From NCBI GenBank assembly GCA_008363385.1, contig RHKY01000031.1, forward strand, positions 6,522-70,521: DNA of 64,000 nucleotides, in the 5' to 3' direction. The notes beneath the pieces are model-generated. The model did no database searches. It worked only from the letters and a program-made list of their open reading frames with translations, and was not told the origin of the DNA. The stretch's first letter is position 1, and every line of letters starts with the position of its first letter. The position numbers and the translations under genes were made by a program. Below, one piece after another: positions 45,598 to 53,774 of the stretch. This stretch comes from Acidobacteriota bacterium (lineage in GTDB: Bacteria > Acidobacteriota > Thermoanaerobaculia > UBA5066).

Positions 45598-45990
45598 TCA
45601 GGCCGCAGCAACCAGAGGGATCGAGTAGAGCCCGAACGACGGGTCCGCCGTCATGACGGTCAGCTTCTCGACGAGCGCCTGCGCGACGAGAAGCCGGTCG
45701 AACGGGTCCCGGTGGTGCATAGGAAGCGACGCGACCTGCAGGGCATGCGAGTGAGCGATCGGAAGCGGCTCGAGCGCCTGGGCCGCCATCCGGGAGGGCA
45801 CGAACGTGGAGGGTGGCTCCGGGAGGGTCAGCTTGCCCAGGGCGTACTTGATCGCGATCTCCCACGCGGATGCGGCCGAGAGGTAGACGGTGTTCCGGCG
45901 CGAGACCAGGAGCCTGCGCGCTTCCGGCGACAGTCGTTCCGGCTCCGCGAGGCTCCAGAGCCAGCAGTGCGTGTCGACGAGGAGCTTCAC
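45598..45990 (-). CDS. vapC: VapC PIN-domain toxin
   Basis: MKLLVDTHCWLW...(D) N-term, PFDRLLVAQALVE..LTVMTAD acidic residues. ATGA overlap with antitoxin. Confidence 0.8.
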   Translation of the reverse strand: MKLLVDTHCWLWSLAEPERLSPEARRLLVSRRNTVYLSAASAWEIAIKYALGKLTLPEPPSTFVPSRMAAQALEPLPIAHSHALQVASLPMHHRDPFDRLLVAQALVEKLTVMTADPSFGLYSIPLVAAA

Positions 45991-46220
45991 CCTTCGAAGT
46001 CCCGGAGGACGTCCTCGGGAAGCGGAGCGTCGAAGTCGTCGGCGATCCGGATCTTCCCGGCGTCGAGGCCCAGCGGACGCCGCGGGCTCGACGCGTCGAA
46101 CGGGACCAGCCGGGCCACGGGCTTCCCGGCGCGAGCGATGACGATCTCCTCGCCGGCCTCGACGCGGACGAGAAGCTGCGAGAGGCGGGTCTTCGCGTCG
46201 TGAACGTTGACCTCGGTCAT
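45987..46220 (-). CDS. vapB: Phd/YefM-type (VapB) antitoxin
   Basis: MTEVNVHDAKTRLSQLLVRVEAGEEIVIARAGKPVARLVP. Confidence 0.7.
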   Translation of the reverse strand: MTEVNVHDAKTRLSQLLVRVEAGEEIVIARAGKPVARLVPFDASSPRRPLGLDAGKIRIADDFDAPLPEDVLRDFEG

Positions 46221-46241
46221 GGCAGTAGACTAAGTCCTCGA

Positions 46242-46670
46242 CTAAGTTAGATCAAGGGATTCGACCACCGTCGCCGCGAAGCGCTCGAGGTCGCCGATGT
46301 TCTTCTCGACGATGGCGCGGACGACGGCGGGGTCGAGGGTGGTGTAGTCGTGGACCGCGACGTTCCGGAAACCGACCACGGAGCGCATGGCGACGAGGAG
46401 TTCGCCGGACAGGGCGCCGCGGTTCGCGAGGATCTCGAAGGCGTTCCGCGCGTCGCGCGGGACCTCCCAGCCGTTCTCGGCGATCAGGTGGTTCGCCAGG
46501 TCGATGCAGGCCTCGGCCGCCCGCTGGAGGTTGAGGACGGCGAGGTCCTGCCGCATCCACTCCTTGTCGGGCTGCGGCACGAGGGCCGGCAGGTCGCGGA
46601 TCGTCCCGGTGGCCTTCCGGATGGTGGAGGCCTTCGCCAGGACGACGTCGCGGTCGGCCTTCAACGGCAC
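46242..46670 (-). CDS. hepT: HepT-like HEPN toxin (DUF86)
   Basis: R-x4-HxY motif RNVAVHDY. 142 aa. Confidence 0.75.
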   Translation of the reverse strand: MPLKADRDVVLAKASTIRKATGTIRDLPALVPQPDKEWMRQDLAVLNLQRAAEACIDLANHLIAENGWEVPRDARNAFEILANRGALSGELLVAMRSVVGFRNVAVHDYTTLDPAVVRAIVEKNIGDLERFAATVVESLDLT

Positions 46671-47074
46671 GTGCGGGCCCAGGCGGCCATCGCCTGCTCC
46701 ACGGGGCGGCGCTGGATCTTCACGTCGAAGTAGAGGGCGGGCGTGTACATCCGGAACTCGGCGAGCGCCCGGGCGTCCTCCACGAGGACCGGCACGCCGT
46801 GCTCGAGGACCTGCATCCTCACGATCGCGTCTCCGCGGCGGAGGTCGAGGAGGTCGACGGTGCGGTGGAGGTGCCGCTCGAGGCGCTGCGAGATCTCGAG
46901 CCGCTCGTCCGGCGAGAGGGCGCGATCGGCCCAGAGGGCGACGTCGACGTCGCTCTCGGGGCCGAGCCTCCCCGCCGCGGCCGAGCCGTGGACGTACGCG
47001 AAGCGGACCCCGACCGGGGCGTCCTGGAGGACGTCGCGGACGGCGGCGGCGATGTCTGGGTCGAGGGCGGTCAA
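46661..47074 (-). CDS. mntA: MntA-like nucleotidyltransferase antitoxin
   Basis: YVHGSAAAGRLGPESDVDVAL NTase motif. Confidence 0.75.
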   Translation of the reverse strand: MTALDPDIAAAVRDVLQDAPVGVRFAYVHGSAAAGRLGPESDVDVALWADRALSPDERLEISQRLERHLHRTVDLLDLRRGDAIVRMQVLEHGVPVLVEDARALAEFRMYTPALYFDVKIQRRPVEQAMAAWARTCR

Positions 47075-47081
47075 GGACGCG

Positions 47082-47330
47082 TCAGGAGACCGGGGAGCCC
47101 GGGGGGCCGATCGAGACGTCGCGCGCGAGGTCGACGGCCTCGACGCCGTCGAGGTCCGTGAGGCGGCCGACGACGTCCCCCGGCGCGCGGCCGGTGATCG
47201 TGCCGACCGACTCGAGGACGCCGTCCACCGTCATCCCGGCAGCCCGCAGGCGGCCGGCGACCTCGTGGAGGCGATCGCCGTGGAGCTCATCGACGGTGAC
47301 GACGACGGGGACGAGGCTGGTCGCGGTCAT
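47082..47330 (-). CDS. Hypothetical 82-aa protein (first gene of mntA-hepT operon)
   Basis: Strong RBS GGAGGTGA 4 nt before ATG. Its RBS plus first 29 codons are duplicated 602 bp upstream. Confidence 0.4.
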   Translation of the reverse strand: MTATSLVPVVVTVDELHGDRLHEVAGRLRAAGMTVDGVLESVGTITGRAPGDVVGRLTDLDGVEAVDLARDVSIGPPGSPVS

Positions 47331-47340
47331 CGCTCACCTC
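47242..47340. repeat. 99-bp perfect direct repeat, copy 1 (identical to 47844..47942)
   Basis: gcccgcaggcggccggcgacctcgtggaggcgatcgccgtggagctcatcgacggtgacgacgacggggacgaggctggtcgcggtcatcgctcacctc read at both loci. Confidence 0.9.
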
Positions 47341-47488
47341 CTTTTTCGTCTCCGGCTCCAGCGCGGCGGCGGAGCAAGAAGTCCCGGCACGCCACTGCTC
47401 GCCCGTGCAGCCCGTCTCCATGGGCGAGTCGGGCGACGGCCAGGTCCTCCTCGGCGAAGGCGAGCCAGGTCTCAGGCAGCCCGCTCAT
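47327..47488 (-). pseudogene. Truncated HEPN-domain gene fragment (about 54 codons) ending at the repeat boundary
   Basis: MSGLPETWLAFAEEDLAVARLAHGDGLHGRAVA resembles a HEPN N-terminus. Frame terminates inside repeat copy 1. Overlaps MNT stop. Confidence 0.35.
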
Positions 47489-47840
47489 ACAGCACGCGGC
47501 CGCTCCCGAGGATCTCGTCCCGCACGAAGGGCCGCTCGGCGACGAGTCGCTCCAGCTCGGCCGGGGTGTAGGCCAGGATGTCCGTGGCGACGACCGGGCG
47601 GAGGATCCGGCGAAGCTCGGCCAGGCGCCGGAAGAACGGTGCGTCCGTATCCAGGACGACGACGAGGTCGATGTCCGAGTCCTCTTGGGGGGCTCCTCGC
47701 GCAACGGATCCGAAGACCAGGACCGTCCGGACCCGGTGGTCCCGGGACAGGATCCCCACGTAGCGAGCCAGCTCCGCGCGAAGGAGCGCGAGGCGATCGC
47801 TCGGATCAGCCGAGTCCGGGGCGGAAAGCGAAGTCAACAT
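47472..47840 (-). CDS. Minimal nucleotidyltransferase (MNT) domain protein
   Basis: VLVFGSVARGAPQEDSDIDLVVV motif. ATG overlaps stop of a 32-codon leader ORF created by repeat copy 2. Confidence 0.75.
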   Translation of the reverse strand: MLTSLSAPDSADPSDRLALLRAELARYVGILSRDHRVRTVLVFGSVARGAPQEDSDIDLVVVLDTDAPFFRRLAELRRILRPVVATDILAYTPAELERLVAERPFVRDEILGSGRVLYERAA

Positions 47841-47843
47841 GAT

Positions 47844-47942
47844 GCCCGCAGGCGGCCGGCGACCTCGTGGAGGCGATCGCCGTGGAGCTCATCGACGGTG
47901 ACGACGACGGGGACGAGGCTGGTCGCGGTCATCGCTCACCTC
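47844..47942. repeat. 99-bp perfect direct repeat, copy 2
   Basis: Identical to 47242..47340. Carries RBS+ATG+29 codons of the 82-aa gene, here terminating after ...LRASC*. Confidence 0.9.
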
Positions 47943-48159
47943 GGAAAACTCCGAGGCTCCGCCCCCTTGGGTCGACATTCGATCGACGCCCGCACGGCTC
48001 ATCGGCTCCGGTTACGCCCCCCGACGAGCCTGTAAATCAGATGATGGGGCCGGGGAAGAAAAAAGCAATCAAAGCAGCGACCAGAGCGGCCGAAGGGTAG
48101 CAGATCGAGCCCGATCCGGCCAAATCGAGGAGCTTCCCGCCTGCCCCCGTGCGCGCCGC

Positions 48160-49677
48160 TCAGGAGGAGCGCGCCGGGCCGTTCCGGCGGCTCCCGTTCG
48201 CCCGTCCGGCGGGCTCGGCGCGGGCCAGGAGGAAGGCCTCGAGGAGCTCCGGGCCGGTCCCCGCGCCGCTCTTGACCCCCTCGTCGATGGCCGCGATCTC
48301 CTCCATCGCCGCGACGAGCTGGCCCAGCGTCCATTCCTGAGCCGCGAGCCACGAACGGTGGAGGACGAACGGGTGCCCGTCCACCGGGACGGGGGCGCCG
48401 CCGGGGCGCGGGCTCTTGAGGACCGGGAGGACCCGGTCGACGAACGTGCGGTAGTCCGCCCGGCGGATCCGCTCGTCGCCCCCCTTCGCCTCGGCCGCGG
48501 CGGCCTTCAGGGCGAGCATCCGGCGGACCTCGCCCGCCAGGAGGCCGAGGAGGGGGAAGAACGCGGCCTCTCCCCGGGGGCCCTTCTTGGCGCCGGGGGC
48601 GGGCCCGGCCGCGTCCTTTCCGAACGGCCGGAAGGCGGCGAAGTCGTCGGCGGCCATCAGCTTCTCGAGGAGGCGGAGCGCGGGGACGAACCGGCGCTGG
48701 GCCACGGCCTCGACGAAGTCCGAGCCGTACTCCTTCTTCTCGTCGGCCACGAGGCGGGCCGCGGCCTCGGCCGTGACGCGGCCGCCGGAGGCGCCGGCCA
48801 CGAGGCGGTCCAGCTCGAGGAGGAACGGGCGCGCCGAGAGGCGGCCCCTCTCGGTCAGGATGTCGAAGACCTCGGAGTCGACGGCGACGCCCCGCTCCAC
48901 CGCGCGCTCGAGGCCGAGCGCGATCAGCCGCTCGCGCCGCGAGGCGTCGTCCGGCGCCTCGAACCGGGCCGTCGGGGCGCCCCGGGCGAGCGCGGCGAGC
49001 GCGTGGTGCTCGGGGTCCGGCGAGACGGCGTGGACGAGGAGGACGTTGTCCCCGGCGCCGGCCCGCTCGGCGTAGTCCAGGAGCCGCCCGGCGGCGGTCT
49101 CGGCGGCCTCCCCCTCCTCTTCTCCCGCGAGCTCCAGGAGCGCGGCCAGCTCGGGCGTCCGGTCGACGCGCTTGACCCGGCCGGTGACCTTGCGGGCGGC
49201 CTCCTCGGCGCCGTTCTCGAGCGTGGCGCCCGCGGCCAGGACGAGCGCGCGGGCCTTGCGGGCCATGCGCGCGAGGGCCGCCGCGTCCTGCGGGGCGCCC
49301 GGGGCGGCGCCGAGGCCCGCCTCGCGAGCGTCGTCGAGGAGGGTGTCGACCTCCTCGGCCGTCAGCTTCCTGGCGCGGAAGAGGTCCGTCCCGTCCAGGA
49401 CGACGAGCCGGTTCGTGGCGAAGAGGGCCACGGTCGCCGCGTCGGCCACGGCCTCCTTCGTCCCCCCTCCCGCGGCGTCGTACTCGGAGACCTCTCCCTC
49501 GGGGAAGGCCGCGCGGAAGGCGGCGGTGCAACGGCGGGCGGCCTCGTGGACGACCCAGTCGTCGTCGCCGAGGACGAGGAGGACGGGCGGGAAGGGCGCC
49601 CTTCCGAGCGCGCCGAGGACCTTCGCCAGCGGGGCGAAGGGGTCGTCGCGGCGGGTCGTCCGGGGAGGGGCGGCCAT
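48160..49677 (-). CDS. DNA polymerase III delta-subunit (HolA)-like protein
   Basis: From M125 of track ORF: PPVLLVLGDDDWVVHEAARR, ATNRLVVLDGTDLF and a helical C-domain resemble HolA. Ala/Glu-rich inserts make it about 506 aa. TGATG overlap with queD. Confidence 0.45.
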   Translation of the reverse strand: MAAPPRTTRRDDPFAPLAKVLGALGRAPFPPVLLVLGDDDWVVHEAARRCTAAFRAAFPEGEVSEYDAAGGGTKEAVADAATVALFATNRLVVLDGTDLFRARKLTAEEVDTLLDDAREAGLGAAPGAPQDAAALARMARKARALVLAAGATLENGAEEAARKVTGRVKRVDRTPELAALLELAGEEEGEAAETAAGRLLDYAERAGAGDNVLLVHAVSPDPEHHALAALARGAPTARFEAPDDASRRERLIALGLERAVERGVAVDSEVFDILTERGRLSARPFLLELDRLVAGASGGRVTAEAAARLVADEKKEYGSDFVEAVAQRRFVPALRLLEKLMAADDFAAFRPFGKDAAGPAPGAKKGPRGEAAFFPLLGLLAGEVRRMLALKAAAAEAKGGDERIRRADYRTFVDRVLPVLKSPRPGGAPVPVDGHPFVLHRSWLAAQEWTLGQLVAAMEEIAAIDEGVKSGAGTGPELLEAFLLARAEPAGRANGSRRNGPARSS

Positions 49678-50123
49678 CAGGGCTGGGCCAGGCGCTCGAA
49701 GCCGGGGGCCACCAGCTCGACTGCGAAGACCGGGGTGACCTTCAGGGTGAGGGCCGCCAGCCGGCAGGGCCACCTCTCGGCCACGAGGCGCGCCTCGACC
49801 CGGCGCCAGATCCAGAGGGCGAGGTTCTCGGCGGTGGGGACGGTCTCCTCGAAGCCGGCGACCTCGGCGTTGAGGTGGCGGTGGTCGAGCGGGCGGTCGA
49901 CCTCCTCCTTCAGGATCCGGTCGAGGTCGAGGAGGTTGACGATCATCCCGTGCTCCGGGTCGGGCTCGCCCGCGACGTAGACCTCGAGCGCGTAGTTGTG
50001 CCCGTAGCCCGCCTCGTTGGCGCCGGGGCCGTACGTCCGGCGGTTCCACTCCTCGCTCCTGGCGGGGTTCCAGAGGCGGTGCGCGGCGTTGAAGTGGATC
50101 GTGCGGGAGAGGAGGAGGGCCAT
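49677..50123 (-). CDS. queD: 6-carboxy-5,6,7,8-tetrahydropterin synthase QueD (PTPS family)
   Basis: IHFNAAHRLWNP...C..GHNY, the conserved Cys-x5-HGH region of QueD/PTPS. 148 aa. Confidence 0.85.
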   Translation of the reverse strand: MALLLSRTIHFNAAHRLWNPARSEEWNRRTYGPGANEAGYGHNYALEVYVAGEPDPEHGMIVNLLDLDRILKEEVDRPLDHRHLNAEVAGFEETVPTAENLALWIWRRVEARLVAERWPCRLAALTLKVTPVFAVELVAPGFERLAQP

Positions 50124-50177
50124 GGGGCGCCGATTCTATTCGCGAGACGGCGCCGTCGCCCCGCCTACAATCTCCCC

Positions 50178-52142
50178 GTGATCATCCGGCCCGGTACGGC
50201 GCTGGGTCCGTACGAGGTCGTCGCGCCGCTCGACGCGGGCGGGATGGGGTCCGTCTTCCGCGGGAGGGACCCGCGCCTGGGGCGCGAGGTGGCGATCAAG
50301 GTGCTGCCCGTCGCCTCGATGAAGGACGAGCGGCGCGTGAAGCGGTTCCTCCGCGAGGCGCGCGCCGCCGCGGCCGTGACGCACCCGAACATCGTCGCGA
50401 TCTACGACGTGGGCGAGGCGGAGGTGGACCTGGCGGCGCCGGTCGGGGCGGAGCGGGTGGCGCTGCGGTTCCTGGTCGAGGAGTTCGTCGAGGGGCCGTC
50501 GCTCAGACGCCTCCTGCGCTCGGGGCGGCCGCCGCTCGGGCGGCTGGTGGAGATCGCCACCGGGATCGCGCGGGGGCTCGGGGCCGCGCACGAGAAGGGG
50601 CTGATCCACCGGGACCTGAAGCCCGAGAACGTCCTCCTCGACGCGCGCGGCACGGCCAAGATCGCCGACTTCGGCCTGGTGCGGTTCATCTACCCCGATA
50701 CCGCGGCGCCCGGCGACGAGGCGGAGAAGGACGACGTGACCGAGACGCTGACGCGGAGCGGTTTCGTCGTCGGGACGCTCGGCTACATGAGCCCGGAGCA
50801 GGTCCGCGGCGACCCGCTGGGCCCTTCGAGCGACCTCTTCGCGCTGGGGATCGTCCTGTACGAGATGCTCGCCGGCGAGACGCCGTTCTCCCGGTCGGCG
50901 TTCGGCGACCCGTTCACGGCGATCCTGAAGGAGCCGACGCCGCGTGTGCTGGAGCGGATCCCGGGGACGCCGCCGCGCCTGGCCCACGTGATCGAGCGGT
51001 GCCTGGAGAAGGACGCCGCCAGGCGCTACCCCTCGGCCGCGCGGGTCCTCGTCCACCTCGAGGAGCTCCGGCGCGAGCTGCGTCTGGACACGGGCCGCGC
51101 GGCGAGCCCGCGGGCCTCGGCCGTCCTGCCGACGGTCGCCGCGGCGGAGCCGACGAGGCGCACGGCTCGCCCTCTCGGCGGGGGGCACCAGCTGGCCCTC
51201 GCCCTGGCCGGGGGGGCGCTGGCGGTCCTCGTCGCGTTCGCGGGGGGCTGGGCCGTCGGGCGGACCCGGCCCGCCCCGGCCTCGGCGAACCCCGTCGACC
51301 CGCGCCTCCTGGCCGACTCGTGGCGCGCGACGCGCGTCCTCGACGGGCTGGCCGAGAGGTGCGTGGCGGCCGCCCTCTCGCCGGACGGGAGGAGGGCGGC
51401 GCTGGCGAGCGCGGGGGACGGCGTGGGCGCCGAGCTGATCGTCGCCGCGCCGAACTCGTCGCCGGAGGCCGCGACCGTGGCCGCCGGGTTCGCCTCGATC
51501 GAGGCGCCGGCGTTCGGGAACGCCTCGGTCCTCTTCGTCGGGGCGAGGGACGGCTCGCCGTCCGGGATCTGGCTCGCCCGCCTGGCGGAGGCCGCGGGGC
51601 TCTTGGCCGCGGCCGACGGCGAGCCGCAGCCGGTCGCCGAGGGGGGCGAGGACCCGGCGGTCTCCCCCGACGGTTCGCTCGTCGTCTTTGTCCGGCGCAG
51701 CGCCGGAGGCTCGCAGCTGTGGCTCGCCTCGCCCGGCGGGGCGAAGGCGCGGCCCCTCGTCTCGGCGCCCGGCAGGAGCCTCAGGCACCCGGTCTTCGTC
51801 GAGGGGGGAGGGGCGGTCCTGGCCGTGGACCTGGCGGATCCGGCCGGGCCCGACGCCGGGAGCGGGATCCTCTTCAGCTCGCCGCTCGCAGACGCGCGCC
51901 TCGTGCCGTTCGGGACGGGCCGCGCGGTGGACGCGGGCGTCCGCCCCGCGCCGCTCGGGGACGGGACGCTGATCGTCGTCTCCTGGCCCGACCGCAGCGC
52001 CTGGCTGCTCGACGGAGCGGGCGAGACCGCAAGGCGCCTCCCGTTCGGAGCCGGCCTCACCCACCTCGCCGCCTCCGCCGACGGCCGGAGTGTCCTCACC
52101 CGGACGGGGAACGGCCCGCTGATCCTCTGGCGGCGGGGGTGA
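50178..52142 (+). CDS. Serine/threonine protein kinase with C-terminal PD40/TolB-like beta-propeller repeats
   Basis: GTG 50178 (VIIRPGTALGPYEVVAPLDAGGMGSVF...). VAIK, HRDLKPENVLL, DFG kinase motifs. TM segment then repeated SPDG...(PD40) motifs. Confidence 0.8.
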   Translation: MIIRPGTALGPYEVVAPLDAGGMGSVFRGRDPRLGREVAIKVLPVASMKDERRVKRFLREARAAAAVTHPNIVAIYDVGEAEVDLAAPVGAERVALRFLVEEFVEGPSLRRLLRSGRPPLGRLVEIATGIARGLGAAHEKGLIHRDLKPENVLLDARGTAKIADFGLVRFIYPDTAAPGDEAEKDDVTETLTRSGFVVGTLGYMSPEQVRGDPLGPSSDLFALGIVLYEMLAGETPFSRSAFGDPFTAILKEPTPRVLERIPGTPPRLAHVIERCLEKDAARRYPSAARVLVHLEELRRELRLDTGRAASPRASAVLPTVAAAEPTRRTARPLGGGHQLALALAGGALAVLVAFAGGWAVGRTRPAPASANPVDPRLLADSWRATRVLDGLAERCVAAALSPDGRRAALASAGDGVGAELIVAAPNSSPEAATVAAGFASIEAPAFGNASVLFVGARDGSPSGIWLARLAEAAGLLAAADGEPQPVAEGGEDPAVSPDGSLVVFVRRSAGGSQLWLASPGGAKARPLVSAPGRSLRHPVFVEGGGAVLAVDLADPAGPDAGSGILFSSPLADARLVPFGTGRAVDAGVRPAPLGDGTLIVVSWPDRSAWLLDGAGETARRLPFGAGLTHLAASADGRSVLTRTGNGPLILWRRG

Positions 52143-52300
52143 CCGCGCTACGCCCTCGACTCCCCTCGTAGCCCGGACGGCGTGATGCAGAACGGGCTCT
52201 CGATCACGCGGTCGAAGACGACTCGCCGGGACCCGAAATGTAAAGTACGCCTGCGATTCGTCACGCGGCGGCGGCCGTCGAGGAGGGATGGCCTCGCGTT

Positions 52301-52699
52301 TCAGCGGTTCGGCAGCGTCGGCAGGCCCCGGACAGCCAGCAGCCGCTCGTCGGCCGTGACGAGCGTCAGCCCGTGGACAAGCGCCGTCGCGGCGATGAAG
52401 CGGTCCGCCGGGTCCTCGTGCGGGAGCGCGATGCGCCGGCTCTGGACAGCCACCTCGCGCGTCAATGGCGCGTCCCGTAGCGTGCCGGGCGCCTCCAGGG
52501 CCGCCTTCACCCACTCCTCGGCCGGGCGGTCGGGCCTCAGGGTCCCCTTCTCCACGAGGACGAGCACCTCCCACACGCTGATCGGCGAGAGCCAGAGCTC
52601 GTTCCTTCCGGACCTCAGGGCGGAGGCGACCCGGCGCGAGAGCCGCTTCGGGTCGGCGACGCTCCAGATCCAGATGTGGGTGTCGAGAAGGAGCTTCAC
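52301..52699 (-). CDS. vapC: VapC PIN-domain toxin
   Basis: From GTG 52699: VKLLLDTHIWIW...DPADRFIAATALVHGLTLVTADE. GTGA overlap with antitoxin. Confidence 0.75.
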   Translation of the reverse strand: MKLLLDTHIWIWSVADPKRLSRRVASALRSGRNELWLSPISVWEVLVLVEKGTLRPDRPAEEWVKAALEAPGTLRDAPLTREVAVQSRRIALPHEDPADRFIAATALVHGLTLVTADERLLAVRGLPTLPNR

Positions 52700-52938
52700 C
52701 GGCGGAGCGCCTCCCAGTCCCGGGCGGGCTTGGCCGGCGCGACGACGTCGCCGTCGATCCTCACCGACCCCGCGAGGCTCCCGAGCCACTCCCGTCGACG
52801 GGCGGGGGGCGGCGGCGGGACGACCTCGGCGACCGGCTCTCCGAAGCGAGTGACGAGGACGGGCCGGCCGCTCCTCTTCACCTCGGCCAGGATGGAGAGG
52901 CATCTCGCCTTGAAGACGGAGATCGCGACGGTGTCCAT
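52696..52938 (-). CDS. Phd/YefM-type antitoxin
   Basis: MDTVAISVFKARCLSILAEVKRSGRPVLVTRFGEPVAEVVP. Confidence 0.65.
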   Translation of the reverse strand: MDTVAISVFKARCLSILAEVKRSGRPVLVTRFGEPVAEVVPPPPPARRREWLGSLAGSVRIDGDVVAPAKPARDWEALRR

Positions 52939-53124
52939 GGCCCGATTAGATCATGGTCAATGTCCATGGTCCAACTCCGCTTCCCGCGCGCCTGCGGACG
53001 CCCGGCTCCCCGACGGCGGGTGCCCGGGAAGGGCCCCTCGAAGCCGAGCCGGCCAAGCCTCGCGACGAAGTCGCGCCGCTTACAGGGTCGCCACGGCACG
53101 GGCCGGCCCCTCGTCGAGGTCGAA

Positions 53125-53238
53125 GACCCGGGGGTCAGAGCTCCGTTCTACGTTCTACGGGGCGGTTACTTGACCCCGCGAGACCCGGGGGTCAGAGCTC
53201 CGTTCTACGTTCTACGGGGCGGTTACTTCACCCCGAGG
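53125..53238. repeat. 57-bp tandem duplication (2 copies), each with terminal inverted repeat GGGGTCAG...CTTGACCCC and internal GTTCTAC x2
   Basis: Copy 2 contains the last 5 codons plus stop of the FKBP gene. Copy 1 still reads ...RGVK* on the minus strand. Confidence 0.75.
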
Positions 53239-53690
53239 AGCTCGACGTCGAAGAGGAGGGTGGCCTTGGGCGGGATGACGCCCGGGTAGCCGCGGTCGCC
53301 GTAGGCGAGGTCGGAGGGGATGAGGAGGGTGCGCTTGCCGCCGACCTTCATCGTGGCGACGCCCTCGTCCCAGCCCTTGATGACGCGGCCCTGGCCGAGG
53401 GGGAACTGGAACGGCTTGCCGTTGTCGACGGAGCTGTCGAACTTGGCGCCCTTCTTGCCGTTCTCCCAGAGCCAGCCGGTGTAGTGCATCACGCAGGTCT
53501 GCCCGGCCTTCGGCGTGGCGCCGGTGCCCTCCTTGGTGTCCTCGTACTGGAGGCCCGACGGGGTCGTGATCATCTTCGACTCCTTCTTGGCGGCCGCCTT
53601 CTCGGCGGGGGCGGCGGCCTTCTCCTCGGAGGAGGCCGGGAGGGCGATGGCGACGAGCGCGGCGAGCGCGAGTCCGGCGATTCTCTTCAT
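53223..53690 (-). CDS. FKBP-type peptidyl-prolyl cis-trans isomerase (secreted)
   Basis: Signal peptide [62 protein letters not shown] core. Confidence 0.85.
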   Translation of the reverse strand: MKRIAGLALAALVAIALPASSEEKAAAPAEKAAAKKESKMITTPSGLQYEDTKEGTGATPKAGQTCVMHYTGWLWENGKKGAKFDSSVDNGKPFQFPLGQGRVIKGWDEGVATMKVGGKRTLLIPSDLAYGDRGYPGVIPPKATLLFDVELLGVK

Positions 53691-53774
53691 CCCAGGTCCT
53701 TTCGCTTGGGGCCTCGTGGCCCGGGGCGGGCGAAGTCTAGCGCGAGGGCGCGGGCGCAGGGTCCGGCTGCGCCG

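Noticed and set aside
47867-48100. Small plus ORF ending in lysine-rich MMGPGKKKAIKAATRAAEG peptide in the 47.94-48.16 kb intergenic region
   Set aside because: No RBS or homology support. Likely chance ORF, though the region is unusually AT-biased.
50136-52574. 812-aa minus ORF antisense to the Ser/Thr kinase; 50999..52171 plus alt-frame 390-aa ORF
   Set aside because: Arg/Gly-rich low complexity. The kinase reading frame has canonical catalytic motifs.
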